A stretch of 64,000 nt of DNA from a virus, in the IMG/VR virus record IMGVR_UViG_3300032304_000650, positions 2,751-66,750 of that record; one strand, 5' to 3'. The position numbers were made by a program, and so were the translations under genes. Below, piece by piece: positions 37,819 to 46,355 of the stretch. The notes under the pieces are model-generated. The model did no database searches and had not been told where the DNA came from. It worked only from the letters and a program-made list of their open reading frames with translations. Positions within the stretch are counted from its first letter, which is position 1. Every line of letters starts with the position of its first letter.

Positions 37819-40431
37819 TTAAGAGCTACAACTTCCTACATTGGTAACAGAACCACCACCTCCATTTACTGTATCTGCTACTGCACATACATTCATAGTC
37901 ATGCCAGGCCCTACCGAATCATAAACCGTTGAGCCACCGCACTGCTCGTAAGATATATAAATGTCATAATTGGCATCTGAATTATAAATATCATAAGATG
38001 TGCAAGTGACTGGGTTATAACCACAATATCCAGCAACAATGCCATCTTGAGCTCCTGTACGAGTTTGACCCGCTGTTGGAGAACATTGATTTATATCCAT
38101 CTGTCTATAGTATCTTACATTACCCACACACTCATAATAGTCTTCTATTGGAAGCATATTTATCCAGTTAGCATCTGTACTTGGATATGAATTTGCAGGA
38201 TTACTTCCAACTCCATAATATAAATAATTACCACCACCTAAGTCAACCCTAAACTGTGCAGTATTCATCCCGCTATAACAAGCATTTGTATTAGCCATTA
38301 CCGCTGCAGTATTAACAGTACCACCTGAACAATAATGATAAGTACCTGCAGGATTTGTATAGCTAGGAGTTGTCGTATTACAAGGAGCAGCTCCTAAAAC
38401 TCCATCTGAATTTCTAGTAGTATTATAAGTAGAAGAGCATGGATTTACATCTCTTTGAGGTTGATATGATGTACAATCTATACATACTCTAGCTCCTTCA
38501 TTTTGCCAGTTTGCAGTTGTTACACAGTTGCCATTTGAAGGAGCAGTATTACCTACATTTATAAAAGTTTGACCAGGAGGCTGATTTAATATATAATTAT
38601 TAAATGTAGCAGAACATGGTCTAGTATCTCTAAATACAGCCCAGTTAGCACACTGATAGCATGTGTTATAGTTTTGAGCTGTTAATATAGGAGTAGTTAC
38701 GCAGTTACCATTAGTAGGAGCTGTATTGCCTACGTTTACATCATTTACTCTATAATTATTATAAGTAGGACTACAAGGGTTAGTATCTCTATATACTAGA
38801 TAATTTGTACAAGATGAACATGTATTATATGCTTGACTTGTCCAAGATGCAGTTGTATTACAGTTTCCAGCAGGAGGAGTTGTTTGACCTAAGCTAACTG
38901 TATCATTTACAAAATATTCATTCCAAGTAGGTGAACATGCATTTTTATCTCTGAAAACTGGATATGTAACACAATTATAACAATAATTAAATTCTTGATT
39001 AACTAATATCCTATCGTCATCTGGATAGTCGTTTACTGGATTAGTGGCATATGTAATAGTGCCATTTGGCCCTCTACTATATTGATTACCAGTAAAACAT
39101 GCATTACTATTTTGATGTATAGCATATTCGTTAATTTGACCTCCAATACAAACATAATAAGTGCCAATACTTGTACCACTATAATCAGCTGTTGTAATAC
39201 AATTGCCAGATGCAGGCTGTATTGTATCTATTACTCCATTTACTTTATACTTATTATAGCTTGTTGAGTTAGGATTAATATCCTTATATACGTCATAAGT
39301 AACACAATCTATACAGGTATTATAATTTTGGTCTACCCATACAGGTGTAGTGTCTCCACATTGAAAGCAAGTTGTATTAGTTGTACAAGGAACAACAGGG
39401 TCACATCTTGTTATAGTTAATCCTGTAACAGCTGGAGGGGTAGTACCACCAGCAACGCAAATATATTCAGGAGAATTAGCTTCAACAACTCTTGAAGAAG
39501 GATTGCCATTACATGCAAAGAATGTAACATCTAATCTATTTGCAGTTGTATTTGTAACAGTAAAGCAAGAGCAATCTCCAGCTAAAACGCAATCTGAAAC
39601 TATAGAAATAGCTACTTTATTTGCAGTATTAGCTTTATCTCTTAAACCTATATAGTATGTTCCATCTACTACGTTAGTGTATTCAGTATTAGGAAGAGTT
39701 ACATCTACAAATGTACCAGCTAATGCAGCAGCTGCAGTAGTATAAATTGTATTAGTTATTTGAAAAGTTCCTCCACCTCCAGTAAAAGTATTAGCTCTTA
39801 TGGTTGATTGACCAGTAAATTCATCACAAACATGATTTAATACACAGTTTACAGGCTCTGGAAGACACGTAACAATAGCAGAAGTGCTACCCTTTAATCC
39901 TCCAGTATCCATTATGGCTATATAGTATGTTGCATTACCTAAATTCTGAAAAGTATAAGACGAAGTAGTCAATGCAAATCTAGTTCCTGATGCATTTAGT
40001 CTAGTCAACGCATCTGCTTCTGATACCGTACTTATAGATATAAAACTAAAAGACTTCCATCCTCCAGCAAAATTATTTACAACTATTTTACCACTTCCTA
40101 TATATGCAGTACAACTAACTGTAGTTGTCATAGTAATAGGGTCTGGTATCCAAACAGCAGTTCCAGCTAACTCACACTTAGGCACATAAACAGCAGTCCC
40201 TTCTAATGAGCAATTTGGAGTAAATAAGGCGCTTCCTGACAACTTACAGTCATTGATTGCTAAAGATGCATTATTAACCTTTACATTGCCTCTAATGGCC
40301 GTAAAATGCATTTCAGGGGCATTCCCCTTGAATACACCGTTTCTGGCTTCCTTATGGTTATTTAATGGTAAGACATCATTAGAATCGTCAAGATTCATGA
40401 CACCATCTAATGTTTTTATTTCTTTGCCCAT
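37819..40431 (-). CDS. Cys-rich repeat virion protein with muzzle-type N-terminal peptide
   Basis: 870 aa; N-terminal GVMNLDD...HKEARN...AIRGN; about 50-aa C..C...RD.NPCS.TYN repeats. Confidence 0.75.
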   Translation of the reverse strand: MGKEIKTLDGVMNLDDSNDVLPLNNHKEARNGVFKGNAPEMHFTAIRGNVKVNNASLAINDCKLSGSALFTPNCSLEGTAVYVPKCELAGTAVWIPDPITMTTTVSCTAYIGSGKIVVNNFAGGWKSFSFISISTVSEADALTRLNASGTRFALTTSSYTFQNLGNATYYIAIMDTGGLKGSTSAIVTCLPEPVNCVLNHVCDEFTGQSTIRANTFTGGGGTFQITNTIYTTAAAALAGTFVDVTLPNTEYTNVVDGTYYIGLRDKANTANKVAISIVSDCVLAGDCSCFTVTNTTANRLDVTFFACNGNPSSRVVEANSPEYICVAGGTTPPAVTGLTITRCDPVVPCTTNTTCFQCGDTTPVWVDQNYNTCIDCVTYDVYKDINPNSTSYNKYKVNGVIDTIQPASGNCITTADYSGTSIGTYYVCIGGQINEYAIHQNSNACFTGNQYSRGPNGTITYATNPVNDYPDDDRILVNQEFNYCYNCVTYPVFRDKNACSPTWNEYFVNDTVSLGQTTPPAGNCNTTASWTSQAYNTCSSCTNYLVYRDTNPCSPTYNNYRVNDVNVGNTAPTNGNCVTTPILTAQNYNTCYQCANWAVFRDTRPCSATFNNYILNQPPGQTFINVGNTAPSNGNCVTTANWQNEGARVCIDCTSYQPQRDVNPCSSTYNTTRNSDGVLGAAPCNTTTPSYTNPAGTYHYCSGGTVNTAAVMANTNACYSGMNTAQFRVDLGGGNYLYYGVGSNPANSYPSTDANWINMLPIEDYYECVGNVRYYRQMDINQCSPTAGQTRTGAQDGIVAGYCGYNPVTCTSYDIYNSDANYDIYISYEQCGGSTVYDSVGPGMTMNVCAVADTVNGGGGSVTNVGSCSS

Positions 40432-40432
40432 T

Positions 40433-40624
40433 TTAAGGTCTATCGTTTGTTTTTAAATTACTATTAGTAATCTTTGTATTACCTCTTATTGCCTGAAATT
40501 TAATAAGACCTCTATTACCTCTAAATACGCCATTCCTAGCTTCTTTATGATGAGAAGAAGGGAAGGTGTCTCTTGGGTCATCAAGATTCATGACACCACT
40601 AAATGTCTTTCTTTCAAATCTCAT
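40433..40624 (-). CDS. stand-alone muzzle N-terminal peptide
   Basis: 63 aa; paralogous to the first ~60 aa of 37819-40431 (KT..GVMNLDD..D..P...HKEARNGVF.GN.....F.AIRGN.K..N..L..ND). Confidence 0.75.
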   Translation of the reverse strand: MRFERKTFSGVMNLDDPRDTFPSSHHKEARNGVFRGNRGLIKFQAIRGNTKITNSNLKTNDRP

Positions 40625-40625
40625 A

Positions 40626-41396
40626 TTATGACTTAGCTACTAATTTAGTACCCATTCTGATAACCTCATTTGCATCCCATAATGTTATAGGATTTTCTCT
40701 AAGGTTAGCTAATCTCTTTTGGTTGTAATATTCTTTTCTTCTAAGCTGTTTGTCTCCTAAGCTAGCTTTTCTGCCTAATGGCAAATGCTCCATATCTTTC
40801 CATGCTATAAACGCTAAAACAGCTTCCCTAATTTGAATAGGTATTTTATAGTCAACATCATCTGCTGGAGATGACATATATTCTAATACAACATATTGAT
40901 AAGCATATTCATTATCTAAGTAAATTAATCCTTGTTCTTCGTCAACATCAAATTCTCCTGGAGCATTTAATACAGAGCCAACTCCAAATATATTTATATA
41001 ACTAGCTCCATCAAAATAATTTACGAAAGCCAAATCTTGTAATCTATATGTATTACCATTGCTACTATCTGTATTGCTAGTAAGTCTATCTGATTGGTTT
41101 ATTTTGTAAGAACTAAGATTTCTGTTTCTTCTTAAAGTTGCAACTTCTCCTTTTTGGTTAAATATTCCAATTTTAGAAAAACCTACATAATCAGATGGTA
41201 GAGTTACTGTTTTATTTGCATTTACTGCTAACTTAACAGTTTTAGTAGTGCCATATACATCCATTCCCATTTCCTCTACCCCTCTAACACCAATAGTCCA
41301 TAGTCTCCTATAGTCTGCATTAGATAGCCTAGCTTGGTCTATATACTGATATATTACCTCTGATAATCCAACCCATTTTGCAGTATCCTTTGCCAT
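40626..41396 (-). CDS. tail ring/tubular protein
   Basis: LPSDYV..SKI, VVLEYMS and IP....EA..AFI.W motifs; position after the capsid genes. Confidence 0.7.
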   Translation of the reverse strand: MAKDTAKWVGLSEVIYQYIDQARLSNADYRRLWTIGVRGVEEMGMDVYGTTKTVKLAVNANKTVTLPSDYVGFSKIGIFNQKGEVATLRRNRNLSSYKINQSDRLTSNTDSSNGNTYRLQDLAFVNYFDGASYINIFGVGSVLNAPGEFDVDEEQGLIYLDNEYAYQYVVLEYMSSPADDVDYKIPIQIREAVLAFIAWKDMEHLPLGRKASLGDKQLRRKEYYNQKRLANLRENPITLWDANEVIRMGTKLVAKS

Positions 41397-41401
41397 ATTA
41401 A

Positions 41402-42025
41402 TTATAATTTATCTAAGCCATCATTTGTTGAATCTTGAGGAGTAGCCTTTCTAGGTCTTAACTGCCCCATTACAAGATTAATAATATCTGTTATGTATTC
41501 TTGCGGAACATTTAATTCTGCATCCATATCTGAACTTTCCGTGCTAACCATTCTTACTATAGCCAATCTTCCAACTAAATTTGTATAGCTTTTAAACCAT
41601 AATTTTTTACCTTCTGCCCAATAAAATATTTTACTAGGAGGCTGTTTTAAGCTATCCATATAATCTAGTTCTCTAACAGAAATAGGTATTGGTGATTTAG
41701 CAAGACCTGTTGATGTCGGGAATGTTACAGTAGATATACCATATCCTCTAGCTAGTCCAAGTGGAACTTGAGGTAGGTCTAATGAATAATATCCTGTATC
41801 ATTATCTCTTGTTATAGCAAGATTTTTAAATGTCAAATAGAATACATCACTAACAGTTTCTATACCATCAAGCTTAATTGATTCTGTATAGTTTACTTTA
41901 GCCATATAAGCCAATGCCTCATTGATATACAGATTAATTTCTTTCTCTGTAATATTTGCGTCGTCAGTAGGCACTCCGCCATACAGCATACGTCTTATTT
42001 GTTCTATCAGTACTTTTCTAGTCAT
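41402..42025 (-). CDS. tail ring/adaptor protein
   Basis: EI..YINEA N-terminus, VPQEY...II C-terminus; ring-gene cluster. Confidence 0.65.
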   Translation of the reverse strand: MTRKVLIEQIRRMLYGGVPTDDANITEKEINLYINEALAYMAKVNYTESIKLDGIETVSDVFYLTFKNLAITRDNDTGYYSLDLPQVPLGLARGYGISTVTFPTSTGLAKSPIPISVRELDYMDSLKQPPSKIFYWAEGKKLWFKSYTNLVGRLAIVRMVSTESSDMDAELNVPQEYITDIINLVMGQLRPRKATPQDSTNDGLDKL

Positions 42026-42720
42026 TATTGACCTTCATTTTTAATTGTTTGAGCAGCTCTAACTAAATCTACATCTTTTAAATTAATACCTATTAAACCA
42101 ACTGCTATATAAATAATCTCATTCATATCTGCATCTGACCATTCAGGATTTACAGAGCCAGTAGAAGGTATAAGTGTTTTACCTGTAGGAACTGTAGCGC
42201 CTTGAGGTAAATGGACTAAGTCATCATAATAAGCCCATACCATTTTATTTGGAGTTCTTATGTATCCTAATATTACGCTATTATTTACTAATGGAAATAG
42301 TTTTAATGTACTTCCAACTTCCATATACACTGGGTCTGCGGCTGTTGGTGCATCTATTGGATTAATTAAATGAGTAGCTAAATTATCATCAAATACTTTT
42401 TTAACAGGCCTATTTGCAGTTGTTCTTACTGAAGTTATAGCCCATGCTGTAGCAGGCTTTGTAACTATTCCTAAAGTAGCACTTAAATTCACCTCTGTAT
42501 AAAACTTAGAAAGCCTATCAGATACTGAAGAATTTACCATTAATCCAGCTGGGCTATTTCTGTTATTACTATTAATATTACCAGTGCCATCTACGATAGA
42601 TTCAATATATTGGTATTGAGCCATATTGATTATCATATTGAAATCATCTGGTGCGATATATGTACCTTGGTATTTGTCTACCAAGTACGATACTATTTTG
42701 TATGATTCATCTATAGTCAT
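42025..42720 (-). CDS. tail ring/head-tail adaptor protein
   Basis: K.Q.TYI.PDDFN.....AQ, YIRTP....WAY, GINLKD. Confidence 0.7.
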   Translation of the reverse strand: MTIDESYKIVSYLVDKYQGTYIAPDDFNMIINMAQYQYIESIVDGTGNINSNNRNSPAGLMVNSSVSDRLSKFYTEVNLSATLGIVTKPATAWAITSVRTTANRPVKKVFDDNLATHLINPIDAPTAADPVYMEVGSTLKLFPLVNNSVILGYIRTPNKMVWAYYDDLVHLPQGATVPTGKTLIPSTGSVNPEWSDADMNEIIYIAVGLIGINLKDVDLVRAAQTIKNEGQ

Positions 42721-42735
42721 AATGCAAATATAAAC

Positions 42736-42764
42736 AAAAAAAGCCCCACCGAGAACGGCAGGGC
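42736..42764 (-). terminator. intrinsic terminator
   Basis: Minus strand GCCCTGCC-loop-GGTGGGGC-T7. Confidence 0.75.
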
Positions 42765-42796
42765 GTAACCAATGAAACCATATAACACAAAGCGAC

Positions 42797-43717
42797 TTAA
42801 TTATTGATTATATGCTTAATCTGAGAGTAAAATTCTTTTCCTTTCTCAGTCAAGCAAAATTCAGCCAAAAACTGTAACGGCTCTTTACCGTCAGGTATTT
42901 GTGCAATATATGATTTACTATCTCCCCAGATAGCTTGCCCTTTTACAGAGCTGGTATCAACAAGTCCACTAGCCATAGCCTTTTGTACTACGTACTGAAT
43001 CTTAACCAATGGGTTATTGTATGTCTTAATGAACATGTCAGGATTTTTATCGGCAACATTTAGATAGTCAAATCTAATAGCCTTTTCTCCTCTTTCTACG
43101 CTTTGAGCATTTACGAATTTAACTCCTAAGTACTTGGCATGAGGAATCATCATATCTAAAGGAGCATCCATTGCTATTCTCATAGCATCCATACGAATCT
43201 CTGCTTTTTCCATATTCTTTGATTCTTCAGCTTGGAAGTCTAGCATTTTATACAAAGGCTTGCTTCCTGCCATTCTGTTCTTTACATCAACATTCATGTT
43301 GCTCTTTTTCAAGAACTCCAATAATGAAGGCTTGTTTGATGGAACTCTTAAGTATCCATTTACAAATCTTACATCAGGTCTTTGACGTTGCTTTTGTTCA
43401 GACAGATGCTCTTGGTCTTCAACCCATATACTAGAAACTCCTTCCAAGTATCTAATATTTCTTTCTGTACCCGTTTCTTCATCATAAATGATGTCTTCAT
43501 TCTTAATCAAATAATTCTCAGGATAAGGTAACTTACCTGGAGTAGTTACATAGAAAGTTTGAATTAATTGGAATACGTAAAAGTCTGGTTTCTTAGCTTG
43601 TTTTTTAGGTGCATCAACTACGATGTCAACGACCTCGCTAATTTGTGTTGCTGTTGGCTCTATATCAATGATATTGCCTTCAGCATCAATTGTTTGCTTT
43701 TTAATTGCTTTTGCCAT
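42797..43717 (-). CDS. conserved protein downstream of major capsid (crAss-like capsid-adjacent family)
   Basis: IYDEETG..RNIRY.....SIWVEDQ...F.NG.L.V; synteny. Confidence 0.7.
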   Translation of the reverse strand: MAKAIKKQTIDAEGNIIDIEPTATQISEVVDIVVDAPKKQAKKPDFYVFQLIQTFYVTTPGKLPYPENYLIKNEDIIYDEETGTERNIRYLEGVSSIWVEDQEHLSEQKQRQRPDVRFVNGYLRVPSNKPSLLEFLKKSNMNVDVKNRMAGSKPLYKMLDFQAEESKNMEKAEIRMDAMRIAMDAPLDMMIPHAKYLGVKFVNAQSVERGEKAIRFDYLNVADKNPDMFIKTYNNPLVKIQYVVQKAMASGLVDTSSVKGQAIWGDSKSYIAQIPDGKEPLQFLAEFCLTEKGKEFYSQIKHIINN

Positions 43718-43748
43718 AATGGTTATTTTGTGTTATGCAAATATAGGT

Positions 43749-43782
43749 AAAAAAGAAAACCCCACCATTACTGGCAGGGTTT
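43749..43782 (-). terminator. intrinsic terminator after major capsid gene
   Basis: Minus strand AAACCCTGCC-loop-GGTGGGGTTT then a T-rich tail. Confidence 0.8.
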
Positions 43783-43803
43783 CCTATATCTATCTTGTTA
43801 AAA

Positions 43804-45147
43804 TTAGCTCTTAACGCTGATGTATTGGTTTGCACCAAACACTTGGATACCGCAGTATGCCATGTGGTGTACATTCAATTCCATCTTGTCAGAAGTTGGA
43901 ACTTTAGCCAAAGCACCAGTTTCCCAAACTTTAACATCTTTTCCTGGCTCTACTTCGTTAGAAACAATACGTAAAGAAGGAATCTTGTCTCCGTTTGCTG
44001 CATCTCTTCCCTCTTTCATTGGGATTAAGATACCGCTGTTCTTGTAGTACTCAGTTGTTGGAGCAACACCGTATACAGCTTCAGCATTGAATGGTAAGTA
44101 CTTCTTCAAGTGGAAAGTTGTACCGTCAATCTTCAATGAATCAAAACCGTATTTAACAGCTAATTCTTGAGAACCACCTGCATTAGCCCAAACAATAGCA
44201 CCATTTTGGTACTTAGTGAATAAAGCGTCATCAACTACAGTTCTTAAGTAAGAATCCATCAAGAAGTGATACTCTTGAGCACCACCATTGAAGTCAGCTA
44301 AACGAGCTAAAGCATGGAAGTCATCAATTGTGAAACCGCTAGAAGAAGCGTTCCACTGATAAGTTTGACCACCAGCCTCAATTTGAGGAACTAAACCTGT
44401 AGCACCAACTGTTCCAGTGATGTTATCTGTAGGCTTACCAAACATTAACTTGAATTCTTTGTTGTTCATGAAACGACGAACAGCTTCATCTAAACCTTTG
44501 TAGGTATAGTAAGCTTGGCCATCTACATTGAAATACAATTCTTCAATCTTAGCACGGTCAGTGATAGAGAAATCTTCACGGATTTCAGTTGTGTAGAAAG
44601 TTTTCTTTTCAGTCAAACCTGTTAAAGTGTTGAATTTGCTAGATGCTTCACCAGCTTCTGTGATACCACGGAATAACAAGTGAGCAGTAGAATCAGCACC
44701 TAAGTCTGTGTTTGCATCAATTGCAGCGCTTAAAGGCTTGATTGTGCAAGCAGTAGCAGAAGCTACAGCAGTGATTTTGTACTGAACGCCAGTTGCAGCA
44801 TTCTCAACAACTTCACCAACACGTAATGGAGACCTTCCGTTATCAACGAATGAATTAGAGATTACTACATCAATAGCAGCACCAGCAGCAACATTTGTTA
44901 ATGTACCACCGTTTAATTGTACTGCAGAATGTAATTTACCCTTAGATTCAAAGTGGAAGAATTCTCTTGAAGGAACTGTAGCTTTCATTCCTAACGCCTC
45001 AAGTAATTGAGTGTAGTTTTGAGAGCCATACTTCTCAATAAACTTATCGTAGTATTGAGGTTTTAAAATAGACAAATCAGACACGAATTGACGTGTAACT
45101 TGTCCGCTGGTAGGTTGTACGCTACCTGGTTGTAATGGAGCTGGCAT
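43804..45147 (-). CDS. major capsid protein
   Basis: 447 aa, strongly biased codons, EKYG.Q, GF.SLK....TFHLK; portal-scaffold-MCP synteny. Confidence 0.85.
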   Translation of the reverse strand: MPAPLQPGSVQPTSGQVTRQFVSDLSILKPQYYDKFIEKYGSQNYTQLLEALGMKATVPSREFFHFESKGKLHSAVQLNGGTLTNVAAGAAIDVVISNSFVDNGRSPLRVGEVVENAATGVQYKITAVASATACTIKPLSAAIDANTDLGADSTAHLLFRGITEAGEASSKFNTLTGLTEKKTFYTTEIREDFSITDRAKIEELYFNVDGQAYYTYKGLDEAVRRFMNNKEFKLMFGKPTDNITGTVGATGLVPQIEAGGQTYQWNASSSGFTIDDFHALARLADFNGGAQEYHFLMDSYLRTVVDDALFTKYQNGAIVWANAGGSQELAVKYGFDSLKIDGTTFHLKKYLPFNAEAVYGVAPTTEYYKNSGILIPMKEGRDAANGDKIPSLRIVSNEVEPGKDVKVWETGALAKVPTSDKMELNVHHMAYCGIQVFGANQYISVKS

Positions 45148-45179
45148 AATTAAATGTTTTTATCCTTTTATTAAAATTG

Positions 45180-46322
45180 TTATAAACTAAACATTTTGCT
45201 TACCATAGTATCGTAATCATTTGTATCAGACACAGCAGCAGTCCTAGGAGTGTTACTGTAGTCAATATTTTTCATACCCTTCAACAAATCAGACTTCGCT
45301 TTGCTTACCGCTTGGGTAACCATAGAGTTGACTATTTTGTCTCTGTTTTGTAAGAAGTAGATATCTTCTGCAATTTGCTTGGCATCGTACTTACCATCCT
45401 TGTAGTAACGAGGGCCATAAAAAGATTCTAAATCAAAGTCCTTCAAATCATTTTGAAGTTTTGCCTTTTCCTCTTGTGACAGAGAATAATTGCCGTCAAA
45501 CTGAACTTCCTCGTCCTTGTAATTGACTTTAAAACCTTCAAAACTTTTCAAGCCTTCGTCAATGCTTTTTTCAAACATTTCTCTAGCTTGCTGATAGACC
45601 TTTGACTGTTCTTCTTCCTGAGCTTTCAAATACTGACTCACAATTTCATCCGTGTTAACAGATTGTTGTGACTCTTGAAATTGACTCAAGATATCTGGAA
45701 AACTAATGTCCTGTTTTAATGTTTGCAAGTAATCTTTCGCTTCACGCACATCCTTCTTCAATTCTCTTGCAAGCGCTTTTTCCTGCTTCTCAATTTGACG
45801 CTTTTTACTAGCAATCTCATCTTCTGACATCAAAGACTCATCAAAGTTCTTATCAATGCCATATTTAGCTTGGAACTCTTCCTCAATTTCTTCTGGGCTT
45901 AACTCTGGGTAATCGTAAGCTATCTTAAGCTTAATTACGTCAGACTCTGGCATAGAATCTAATTCAGAAAGAACTTTTTGTTCATATAAGATATCCGCAA
46001 CTTCACTAATGTTTCCGCTAGTCAGATTCTCATATATATCTTTGGCTACTTCATTCTCCCACTCAAAAATCACTTTTTGCGTAGTTTCTGTTTTACCTTC
46101 TTCACTATTGCTTTCAGTATTTGTAGGCTCTTGTGAAGTTTGAGCTGGCTCTGAAGTTCCTTCTGTAGCTGTAGCACCTTCTTCAGTATTTACTTGAGAA
46201 GGGTCAGCTTGTGTTGGTTCTGTTTGAGTCGGCTCTGCTTGTGTTTGTTCTATTTGATTTGACTCGCTTTCCGTATTGGAATAGCTGTTTATATCAAACG
46301 GATTTGTTTCGTTTTCTGGCAT
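45180..46322 (-). CDS. capsid scaffolding protein
   Basis: Very acidic, disordered N-terminus, coiled coils, KNIDY near the C-terminus; between portal and MCP. Confidence 0.7.
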   Translation of the reverse strand: MPENETNPFDINSYSNTESESNQIEQTQAEPTQTEPTQADPSQVNTEEGATATEGTSEPAQTSQEPTNTESNSEEGKTETTQKVIFEWENEVAKDIYENLTSGNISEVADILYEQKVLSELDSMPESDVIKLKIAYDYPELSPEEIEEEFQAKYGIDKNFDESLMSEDEIASKKRQIEKQEKALARELKKDVREAKDYLQTLKQDISFPDILSQFQESQQSVNTDEIVSQYLKAQEEEQSKVYQQAREMFEKSIDEGLKSFEGFKVNYKDEEVQFDGNYSLSQEEKAKLQNDLKDFDLESFYGPRYYKDGKYDAKQIAEDIYFLQNRDKIVNSMVTQAVSKAKSDLLKGMKNIDYSNTPRTAAVSDTNDYDTMVSKMFSL

Positions 46323-46355
46323 ATTGGTTTATTTTATGTTATGCAAATATATAAA

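Noticed and set aside
37546-40432. Self-splicing intron or intein explaining the interrupted muzzle gene
   Set aside because: The insert is fully protein-coding with no intron core, homing endonuclease or intein motifs, and each piece has its own start and stop.
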